Below are positions 8,866 through 17,050 of a stretch of 26,082 bases of DNA, in pieces. The stretch covers positions 1 to 26,082 of the forward strand of contig JANNEE010000456.1 of the NCBI GenBank assembly GCA_031388325.1, read 5' to 3'. The notes beneath the pieces were generated by a model, which did no database searches, had not been told where the DNA came from, and saw only the letters and a program-made list of their open reading frames with translations. Source of the stretch: Deinococcales bacterium. GTDB lineage: Bacteria > Deinococcota > Deinococci > Deinococcales > JAAFIG01. Each line of letters opens with the position of its first letter. Position 1 is the first letter of the stretch. Both the position numbers and the translations under genes were made by a program.

Positions 8866-9857
8866 ATGGCTAAAATGCTGATGATTCAAGGTTGTACTTC
8901 CTCGGCGGGTAAATCGTATTTAACTGCCGCCATCTGCCGAATTCTGGCAAACCAAGGCGTGCGGGTTGCACCTTTCAAAGCCCAGAACATGAGCAACAAC
9001 GCAGGTGTCACCAAAGCTGGTCTCGAGATGGGCAGGGCGCAAATCGTTTTCGTGGCGATGCTAATCTCTTAGCCCCAGCCCCAGCTTGGCTCGAGCAACG
9101 CACGGGCGTACCAACACTTGGGGTTGTACCAATGCTAAACATTCCACTGCCCGAAGAAGACGGGATGGCATTTGAAACCTCACAAAGCTCGGGGACAGTG
9201 GCGGTGATTAGCTTGCCGCGTATTGCTAACCTTGATGAATTTGCGCCGCTTGGTGATGTACTTCGGATTGCTCGAGAACCCCACGACCTTGACCAGATTC
9301 GAGCAATTATCATTCCGGGTTCTAAAAGCACCCGAGCAGACCTTGAATGGTTACGAACCACTGGTTTAGCCGCCGCGATTACCCGTGCTGCCAAAGCGGG
9401 CGTGCCAATTCTCGGGATTTGTGGTGGGCTACAAATGCTTGGTCATACCGTCCACGACCCAGAACATATCGAAGGTGGAGGCACAAGCCAAGGACTGGGT
9501 TTACTTGACCTTGAGACCAGCTTTACAATACACAAAATCACTCGAGCCGCCGAATTTACCGATCTTGAATTAAAAACCAAATTACATGGCTATGAAATTC
9601 ATATCGGACGAACTTCCGGTACGGCAAGCATTAGTCTTCAACTGGGCGGCGAAGCCATCGGCTGGCGTAACGGCAATGTACGCGGTGTTTATGCCCACGG
9701 ATTACTCGAGAATCCTGCTTTTTTAGAAGCCTTCTTAAACAGTGCAGGATTAAACTCACCTAAACCACTCGAGGCACTGGATGCACGGCTTGACCGAATC
9801 GCAACTCAAGTCCAAGCCTCGCTTGATTGGACACGAATTGCAGGGTTGATACAATAG
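8866..9857 (+). pseudogene. cobQ: Cobyric acid synthase with an internal deletion and frameshift
   Basis: N-terminus '[12 protein letters not shown]...[10 protein letters not shown]...EMGRAQ' (8866-about 9041) is joined directly, in another frame, to 'NRFRGD...LEQRTGVPTLGVVP...EED...PGSKST...GICGGLQMLG...GYEIH...YAHG'. The intervening CobQ segment is absent. Confidence 0.88.
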
Positions 9858-9877
9858 ATAAGACCAAAGCTCGAGTC

Positions 9878-10618
9878 TTATTCCCTGTTTGCCATCATCC
9901 AAGCTGACATGCTCATTCCAGCACACCACAAAAAATCATAGATTAACTCGCCGTAATACTGTCCACCAATCACAATTGTGGCGATTCTGGCTAAACTGAC
10001 CAATAAAAAAACAATCGAGAGTTGACGCAGGGTGTTGGCTAATCGCCCACGTCCTAAGACCACGGTTTGACTGCCAAAAAGTGCAGTCAGTAAATAGACC
10101 ACAAATTGGAAAATAATTTGACTGATTGCTGATTGTGCCATATTACCAATCGTGGCTTGGGTGATTAAGGTGACAATCACGGTTAGAAAAAGCGCAAAAA
10201 AAACGCTTCCAAGCACCAACCTTAAGGCTTGGGCGCGGGCATATAAACCTTGTCGCTGCATCGCAAACGGAAAAGCAATTGAAGAAATCACCACCACCAG
10301 AGAACCAGCATAATAAAGCGGGTCACGGATAAAACTCGAATCGGCTCGAGGGATTCCAGCAAATAACGAATAGGTCAAAATCGCGTCTCCAAGGGTAATA
10401 AATGCCAAGGCAACCCCCAAACCAAGCACACTTGGGCGCAAGGTTGCAGGCAGTTTGCTTGACAGCCGAATCAGGATAAAAGCGCCTAAAGTATCAAACA
10501 TCAACACCGCCAAGCTACGAAATGGTGTTTGGGTGATTGCCCCAAACACCCAAACCAGCCAGATAGCCCCTGCGAGCATCAGGTACGGCATTTTTTGATA
10601 TGAGAAAATCGTTTGCAT
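9878..10618 (-). CDS. Polytopic membrane protein (about 8 TM), function unknown
   Basis: About 8 hydrophobic segments; TACACT box 7 nt before the ATG. Confidence 0.75.
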   Translation of the reverse strand: MQTIFSYQKMPYLMLAGAIWLVWVFGAITQTPFRSLAVLMFDTLGAFILIRLSSKLPATLRPSVLGLGVALAFITLGDAILTYSLFAGIPRADSSFIRDPLYYAGSLVVVISSIAFPFAMQRQGLYARAQALRLVLGSVFFALFLTVIVTLITQATIGNMAQSAISQIIFQFVVYLLTALFGSQTVVLGRGRLANTLRQLSIVFLLVSLARIATIVIGGQYYGELIYDFLWCAGMSMSAWMMANRE

Positions 10619-10789
10619 TCTTGACAGTGTAACTCAATTCGCTTTTGGATATCGCGTTTTGCACACATTAGGTCTGGGTAAACTTTAGCCTTTTCTCGAG
10701 AAGTTCGCCGAGGCGCGAGTAGACCGAGGACTGTATTGAAATTATTCCAATGAGCGTCTAATGAGCCTAATTTTTATTACAGATGGCGC

Positions 10790-10886
10790 TCAGATTTAGG
10801 GGCAAGAACCCTGATTCGTCTTGGGGAATCACCAGTGTGGATTGTCCCGACCCTGCTTGGAGGAATTTTTTCTTGTGGCTGATGCG
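10790..10886 (+). pseudogene. Degenerate copy of the btuC 3' end
   Basis: Aligns to 8710-8807 with about 15 mismatches and one 1-bp gap (about 84% identity by manual alignment). Confidence 0.85.
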
Positions 10887-10948
10887 CCGAATGCAAACTT
10901 AGTGGGGCGTTTGGCGATGAGCTTTGAAAAAAGCAGTTCCAAAGGTTT

Positions 10949-11956
10949 TCAAAGAAATTCTCGTCCAATCAGGGCAAAGTCTTTTGCCATCTCGAGTTCT
11001 TGATGAGTGGCTGCCAGCCCTGATAAATTTAAGCCTCGTACCCCAGCTAAAGCAAGCATCGCCTGACCGTATTCGATGGCAAATTTAATCCCCTCGAGCC
11101 GAATGTTCTTGGCATTCTCGAGCCGAGTTGCTAAGCCAATTGGCAATTGCAGATTGTAAAAACCGACTGCCCCGTGCAGTGACTCGAGCGAAGTAATCAC
11201 GGGAATACCGACCACAAATGGCACGTCTGCGCCTGCTGATAAAGTTTGCGCTCTAAAGTCTGCCACCAGTTCGGTACTGTGTGGCATATTGACCATACAG
11301 ATATGCGCTCCAGCTTTGACTTTTTGGGCTAATCGTTCGGCACGAAGCTGGGTTGGAATGGCATTTGGCTTTTCGCCGACCGAAACCAGTAACCCTGCGG
11401 CTCGAGCCAAAGCAGCCAAGCGGGTGCTGTCTAAATCAAAAACCGCTTTGGCATCGGCGCGGTGTCCAGATAGGGTATGGTCGCCCGTCACGCAGTTTAC
11501 GCCAGCCACACCAAGATGCGCCAAGGCAACAGCTTCGGACTCGAGGGCAACGCGGTTACGGTCACGGCAATTAAAACCAACCCAAGACTCGAGACCCGCG
11601 TTTTTCATCAGCCAAGCGCGGTAAGCGGGTGGAAATTGAACCCGAGCGCCACCGTGGTCACCGATTAAATAGGCATCGGCACTACCACGAATCTGGTCGG
11701 CAATTTCAAGGATTTTGTCGGCATTTAAGGGAATGGTCGGGATGTCGGTAATAATAATTGGGCGGCAGGTCATGGTTTCAAGGATTGCCAAACCACCACT
11801 TGCCGTAACAGCTTGGCTTGGTACAGCCCCAGACCATTCGGGAACGGTTGCTCGAGCGATAAACGGACACGAAACCCCCGGAATCTCGCACTCGGTATTT
11901 GAGCGCATTCCAGCACACGGTCCGTAAAGCATGTCTTTGGGGCAAGCGTGGGTCAT
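10949..11956 (-). CDS. Methylenetetrahydrofolate reductase-like flavoprotein with an N-terminal MetV/MTHFR_C-type cysteine motif
   Basis: N-terminal 'CPKDMLYGPCAG...CE......CPF', then MetF-like 'NCRDRNRVALES', 'CVTGDH', 'QKVKAGA'. Confidence 0.8.
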   Translation of the reverse strand: MTHACPKDMLYGPCAGMRSNTECEIPGVSCPFIARATVPEWSGAVPSQAVTASGGLAILETMTCRPIIITDIPTIPLNADKILEIADQIRGSADAYLIGDHGGARVQFPPAYRAWLMKNAGLESWVGFNCRDRNRVALESEAVALAHLGVAGVNCVTGDHTLSGHRADAKAVFDLDSTRLAALARAAGLLVSVGEKPNAIPTQLRAERLAQKVKAGAHICMVNMPHSTELVADFRAQTLSAGADVPFVVGIPVITSLESLHGAVGFYNLQLPIGLATRLENAKNIRLEGIKFAIEYGQAMLALAGVRGLNLSGLAATHQELEMAKDFALIGREFL

Positions 11957-13350
11957 GATCTAAACCACGACCCAGCCGTCACGCCTTTTTCGCCAGTCTC
12001 GAGTTGTCTGATTTTACCAGGATTAAGCAACCACTTTGGGTTGAATTTCTTGACCCCTTCAAGCACCGCCTCGCCGCTCCAACGCGGGTCTTGGTCGAGG
12101 TAATAAACGTGCGGATTGGCAATTTGAATCCCGATTTCTTCGCAATAATCAATAATTTCGTAAAGCCGCTCTTTGCTCGAGTAGCGAATCAGTGGCAATG
12201 AAGCCGCCACCAACGTTCCACCAGAACTTAAGTTTTCATGGATAAACTCGAGGTGCATCAGGATTTCAGCTGGAAATTTGGCACTTAACAATTTGCATTG
12301 CTCGAGAACCCGATTCGCCATAAAACGCCCCTGCAAATAGGTGATACCTGGGTCGGCTTTCATAGCCCAAAGGGTGGTGTGATTCCAAGTAAAATCCGAA
12401 ATCGCAAACGAAGACTTATGGTACTTTTCGGGCGGATTATGCCAATCGAGTGTGCCATCAAACTTGGCTGCTAAATCAACTGCCGTTTTGAGAAAGGTGG
12501 CTTCGACTTCTAGCAACGCATTTGCCCGACCAATCTGCACCCCGCCATCGGCGACCAGTGGCGTAAAAAACTCTGGAATACCCGCTTGGTTAATCGCAAG
12601 TTCTCGCTTGGGAATACTGGTATCAAGCGCCAAAGCATGACCAAAGGAAATGGCTGCCTCAAGACTGGGGAAACTCAGCACTGCTTCAGTCCAATTCTGG
12701 GCTTTGGCAAGCGGAATACTCAGTTCAAGTATAATTGCGGTGGTGCCGTAGGCATGAATCACACTGGCGCAATCCCAGCCTTTTAACTCAAGGATTTCGG
12801 GTTCGTCGGTCAGGGTCAGGACTTCGGCTGCCAGCACATTGTTATCCCAGAGTGTGCCGTGGTTAATGCTGCCGACCCCGCCAAAGCCACCGCCGACAAA
12901 ACCACCAATGGTGCAAGTCGCCCAAGTGCTGGGATAAATTTTAAGTTCCCAACCCAATTCGCGCCCTTTGCGTTCCAGCGCCCCCCTTCGTACCCCCGCT
13001 TCGACTCGAGCCACACCAGTTTCTTGGTCTATGGTGATGATGTTGTTCAAGCGGTGCATATTCGCCACAATCCCACCCGAAAGCGGCACGCACTGCCCGT
13101 AATTGCCCGTACCCGCGCCGCGAATGGTCAGTGGGATGTTGTGTTTGACTGCCAAGCACACCACCTCAAGCAATTCGAGTTTGTTGGCTGGGGCAACCAC
13201 CACATCGGCTCGTTTACTGGCAAGCAACTCGAGCAACACAGGCGAATACCAATAATGGTCAAGGCTAAAAATCTCGAGCGACCGAGCATCAGTGAAGACT
13301 TGTTTTTCACCAGAAATGGTTTTTAAGGCAGAAATAATTTCGGGGTTCAT
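11953..13350 (-). CDS. FAD-binding oxidoreductase (FAD_binding_4/VAO-type, GlcD-like)
   Basis: 'RGAGTGNYGQCVPLSGG', 'PST...TIGGFVGGG.GG', 'HAYGT', C-terminal 'FNPKWLLNPGK'. Confidence 0.9.
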   Translation of the reverse strand: MNPEIISALKTISGEKQVFTDARSLEIFSLDHYWYSPVLLELLASKRADVVVAPANKLELLEVVCLAVKHNIPLTIRGAGTGNYGQCVPLSGGIVANMHRLNNIITIDQETGVARVEAGVRRGALERKGRELGWELKIYPSTWATCTIGGFVGGGFGGVGSINHGTLWDNNVLAAEVLTLTDEPEILELKGWDCASVIHAYGTTAIILELSIPLAKAQNWTEAVLSFPSLEAAISFGHALALDTSIPKRELAINQAGIPEFFTPLVADGGVQIGRANALLEVEATFLKTAVDLAAKFDGTLDWHNPPEKYHKSSFAISDFTWNHTTLWAMKADPGITYLQGRFMANRVLEQCKLLSAKFPAEILMHLEFIHENLSSGGTLVAASLPLIRYSSKERLYEIIDYCEEIGIQIANPHVYYLDQDPRWSGEAVLEGVKKFNPKWLLNPGKIRQLETGEKGVTAGSWFRS

Positions 13351-13374
13351 AGATTGACCTCAAAGGGACATTGG

Positions 13375-14610
13375 TTAGAAATGGGTGGTGATTTGACGTT
13401 CGGCTTGGCAGGCGATTTTACCATTCAAAATAACCCATTTCTTCTCGGATTGATTTTTGAGGGCTTCAAACCAGTTTGGGGCATCAAGGACAAGAATATT
13501 GGCTTTACAACCTACAGCTAAGCCGTACTTCTCGAGTCCAATGGCTTTGGCTGGGGTGGTCGTGACCATTTCAAGAACTTGATGGACTTCATCCCCCCAA
13601 GCCACTGGCGCGAGGTGTGCCATAAAATGCGCCACCTCGAGCAGGTCGTTGCGTCCAAAGGGATAGTACGGATTGTTGATGTCGTCTTGGGCGGTGGCAA
13701 CTGGCACACCAGCTTTTAATAACTCAAGAATTGGGGCGTGACCTCGAGCCGCGGGTTGGCAGCGCTGAGCGGTTGTGACCAAAGCAACATGGGCGTTGGA
13801 AAAAATCGTCACTCCCGCTTGTTTGAATAACCGAATCACCCTATCCGCATGGGCTGGGTCATAAAATGCTAAAGCATTACTTTGTGTGCCGCAAACTTGT
13901 CCTTGCATTCCAAGTTCAATCGTTTTGACAGCCACCATCTCGGCGGTGCGCGAAGTGGGGTCGTCGGTATCGTCCAGCACAAAATGGGCTGGAATTTTAT
14001 AGTGCTGGGCTAATCCAAGCACCAAATCAATATGCGCCATTTGCGAGGATTCTGTAGGCTCGAGCCACGGAATCCCACCAATCACATCCGCCCCCATCTC
14101 GAGGGCTTGGGTCAAAAGCTGGGTGGTGCTTTCCTTGGCACTAAAAACCCCATTTTGTGGAAAGGCTGCCACTTGAATCTCGAGCCAACTTGCATAGCGT
14201 TTTTTAAGCTCCAGCAGTGCCTCAAATGCCCGCAGCCCCGCATCGGCATCGACATCGGCAAATAAGCGCAATGCGCCCGTACCATGGCGAATGGCTAAAC
14301 GCACGGTGGCTTCGGCTCGAGCCAGAACTTCGGCTTTTGTGTACTTGCGTTTGACCTCGGCAATTGCCGCAAAGCGATTTTGCCTACTCGAGTAATCAAA
14401 AGTATCGGGCAGCAGCTTGCGCCAATCCGACTTACAGGCATGAAGATGACCATTGACAAAAGTTGGCATGGTTAGGCAATTGGCAACATCTAATTCGAGT
14501 CTTGCTGTCATATTTAGGTTTGGCTCGAGGTGCGCGATAACACCATCCTGAATGGCAATATCCAAAGTTTGACCACTCGAGAGACAGGCATTTTTGAGCA
14601 GGATGTCCAC
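13375..14610 (-). CDS. Cytosine-deaminase-family metal-dependent amidohydrolase with a non-canonical active site
   Basis: 'NGHLH', 'QVAAFPQNG', 'GADVIGGIPW', 'QDDINNPYYPFG', 'GLAVGCKANILVLD'; GTG start. Confidence 0.85.
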   Translation of the reverse strand: MDILLKNACLSSGQTLDIAIQDGVIAHLEPNLNMTARLELDVANCLTMPTFVNGHLHACKSDWRKLLPDTFDYSSRQNRFAAIAEVKRKYTKAEVLARAEATVRLAIRHGTGALRLFADVDADAGLRAFEALLELKKRYASWLEIQVAAFPQNGVFSAKESTTQLLTQALEMGADVIGGIPWLEPTESSQMAHIDLVLGLAQHYKIPAHFVLDDTDDPTSRTAEMVAVKTIELGMQGQVCGTQSNALAFYDPAHADRVIRLFKQAGVTIFSNAHVALVTTAQRCQPAARGHAPILELLKAGVPVATAQDDINNPYYPFGRNDLLEVAHFMAHLAPVAWGDEVHQVLEMVTTTPAKAIGLEKYGLAVGCKANILVLDAPNWFEALKNQSEKKWVILNGKIACQAERQITTHF

Positions 14611-14612
14611 CT

Positions 14613-15615
14613 TTACGCCCCCTCGAGAATTCGCCGTCTGGCAATCGAACGCAAGGCATCTGTGGTGCTTTCTGCCTCGAGTACGACGTTTTTTGTGCTT
14701 AATGGCTCGAGACCAAGGGCAGCTTCGGCGTTACTGGTAATCATCTTAAAAGCTGCCTCGAGACCAGCCTCATGGGTTAAGTGGGTAGCGGTTGCCCCCA
14801 AATGTGCAGCGTAGAGCAAATCATAGTTACACCGGATGAAACGGGTCTTGAACGTTGTCCGAAGCAAAACAAACATTCACGCCAGCTTCAAGTAGTTGCG
14901 CTACCCGTGTAATACCGCGTGGCATTGGGTGAATACCGCGTCCTTGCAAATTGAGGTTACAAGCAGGTAGCGACACAATACTGATTTTTGCAGTGGCTAC
15001 TTTTTCGATCACCCGTGCCGCGTCGGATTCGGGCAGAAAATCAAGGCTACAACAATGTCCAGCCACCACAGGCAGACTAAATCCTGTTTTGATTACCAAA
15101 TCGGCTAGTACCTCGAGAAAATTGCTGTTGTCATTTTCGTCGATGTGCAAATCCACGGGCTTATTAAATTCTGCCGCCAACTCAAGGGCATTTTTAACTT
15201 CAAGCGCACCATCAGGGCGAATCGCCGGGCAGCCACCCACCGCGTCCGCGCCCAATTGCATGGCTTGGCGCATCAGGTGCAGTTCTTGGGATGGATTTCC
15301 CAGTGCCACAATTTGAATCAGGATTTTATCTTTGTACTGCTGGCGTAACTCGAGCATCGCCTCTAAAGCCAGAAAGCCGCTTGCATCAACATCCACATGG
15401 GTTCTAAGGCGGGTCGTGCCAGCCGATAGTGCCATTTTGAGTGCAAGGCTGCCACGGTGCAAATAATCGGCTTTGGTGATGCTTGGTTTATACGCCACCC
15501 ACTTGTAAATGGCTTCCATCAGCGTACCAGACGGATTGCCCACAGCTTTGATACTCAGGGTTTTATCGAGGTGACAATGGCTTTCGGTGAACCCGCCAAA
15601 GATAATTTCATCCAT
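14613..15615 (-). pseudogene. Cytosine-deaminase-family amidohydrolase interrupted by a frameshift near 14830 (pseudogene or sequencing error)
   Basis: 'ESHCHLDK', 'RTHVD', 'DLHIDEND', 'AGHCCSL', 'ASDNVQDPFHP', then stop. The expected continuation 'NYDLLYAAHL...' is in the next frame (ORF 14613-14876). GGAG RBS before ATG 15615. Confidence 0.8.
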
Positions 15616-16381
15616 GTGGCACTCCAAATAGACTCATCTCGAGCAGAACCTTAGCAAGAGCAGTGGTGGCTGCCTCACACCGTACCGCGCCGCGTTCAGG
15701 AGTTGCCAAGGTTGGGTCGCCAAAAACACCACCAGCACTCCAATCGCGGGTTAGCCACGAAGCAGTTGCTGCACCACCTGTTAAACCAACTGAACCATCA
15801 GGAATATCAGGGTAGTGCTGTACGGCTTTGGTCATATCCACCAAATCTGGCTCGAGATACAGCAGCAAACTGGTTTCCCAGTCGTTGGCGTGAATCCCGT
15901 ATTTGGCTTCTATGGCTGGAATTTCTATCGGGTCGGGCGCACCTGCATTGGTGAAGGTATTAAACACCATCAGTCCTGTTGCCACACGGATTTCTCGCGC
16001 CATCATCGCTAAAAGCGCACTGTTGCCACCATGGGCATTAACAAAACACAAACGCTTAAACCCCGAAGCCGCCACGCTCGAGGCAATATCGTGCAGCACC
16101 ATCATCAGGGTTTCTGCCCGCAAAGAAATTGTTCCAGCAAAGCCCAGATGCTCGTTGGATTTGCCATAACTCTGCACGGGAAGCCGCCAAACTTTGGCTT
16201 CTAACGGTAATTTCCCCAGTGCCAGTATCGTCATACGTTCGGCAAGCAGCGCATCGGTCGCGGTTGCTAAGTGTGCGCCGTGCTGCTCGATAGCCCCAAT
16301 CGGTAGCACCACCACCCCTTCGGATTTATCCAAGTCACGAATGGTTGTCCAACTTAAATTGGGTAAGTACCTCGAGTCCAT
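15608..16381 (-). CDS. Creatininase-family amidohydrolase (creatinine amidohydrolase / formamide hydrolase-like)
   Basis: 'PIGAIEQHGAHL..ATD', 'SNEHLGFAGTISL', 'VNAHGGN', 'HANDWETS'. Confidence 0.92.
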   Translation of the reverse strand: MDSRYLPNLSWTTIRDLDKSEGVVVLPIGAIEQHGAHLATATDALLAERMTILALGKLPLEAKVWRLPVQSYGKSNEHLGFAGTISLRAETLMMVLHDIASSVAASGFKRLCFVNAHGGNSALLAMMAREIRVATGLMVFNTFTNAGAPDPIEIPAIEAKYGIHANDWETSLLLYLEPDLVDMTKAVQHYPDIPDGSVGLTGGAATASWLTRDWSAGGVFGDPTLATPERGAVRCEAATTALAKVLLEMSLFGVPHG

Positions 16382-16402
16382 TCAACATCCCCTTTTTTAA
16401 CC

Positions 16403-16430
16403 GTAGGGGCGAGGTATGCCTCGCCCTTAT
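16403..16430 (+). repeat. REP-like palindrome of the GTAG type
   Basis: GTAG followed by stem GGGCGAGG-TATG-CCTCGCCC; intergenic; single copy in the window. Confidence 0.6.
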
Positions 16431-16506
16431 ATGACGATATTTTTTGATTTCCCAATTACCTGTGCTATGGTTTTTGCAAAGCCAGCCGAATTTCACAATC
16501 TCGAGT

Positions 16507-16971
16507 TTACGTGTTTGGCAACAGATGAATCGCCATTAAACTAACCAAATTAGCGGTGAATAAACTGCGGTGCGTTTCCATGATGTTAAATCCGGGTATC
16601 AACCAAGCCAGAAAAAGCTCATCCATGACCATAAAAGCTGCCCAGAGCGCCAGATTGACCATAAATGCCAGATTGACCAGCCGCAAATTATTCGGGTCAA
16701 AGCTACTAAGTGCCGCCCAGAGCAAATAAACTGCCACGATTTCCCAGATAATCGCCGAGACATACATCATCCAAGTCAGCCAATTGGGGGTGTTAAAAAC
16801 CTTGGTTACAGCCTGCATAAACGGATAATTGCCACTGCTAAATTTCCATGTTTCAGGTAAGATTTTAAGATTCTTAGCCACATCTAAAAAGTTCAGCAAC
16901 AACACCAACGATAACCATGTCGCCCAAGATAAAATAATGCCCTGCTTTAAGGTGATTAAATTCAAATCCAT
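16507..16971 (-). CDS. Hypothetical membrane protein (3-4 TM)
   Basis: Hydrophobic segments; GAGG RBS upstream of the ATG; co-oriented within the cluster. Confidence 0.7.
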   Translation of the reverse strand: MDLNLITLKQGIILSWATWLSLVLLLNFLDVAKNLKILPETWKFSSGNYPFMQAVTKVFNTPNWLTWMMYVSAIIWEIVAVYLLWAALSSFDPNNLRLVNLAFMVNLALWAAFMVMDELFLAWLIPGFNIMETHRSLFTANLVSLMAIHLLPNT

Positions 16972-16994
16972 GTTGTGTCCTCGCTAGCTGATTT

Positions 16995-17035
16995 TAAGTA
17001 AAACAGGGACAAAACGGTTTTCGCCCCTGTTTTTT
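16995..17035 (-). terminator. Terminator or stabilising hairpin after the binding-protein gene
   Basis: Minus strand reads CAGGGGCGAAAA-CCG-TTTTGTCCCTG followed by TTTTACTT. Confidence 0.65.
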
Positions 17036-17050
17036 CGAGGTCAAGAGTTC

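Noticed and set aside
10619-10790. Possible structured RNA in the intergenic gap (TGAGCGTC...GGCGCTCA arms; AATGAGC twice)
   Set aside because: The pairing is short and imperfect and matches no RNA family I recognise.
14820-14845. Programmed ribosomal frameshift in the deaminase
   Set aside because: No slippery sequence or obvious stimulatory structure at the shift point; a 2-nt loss explains it more simply.
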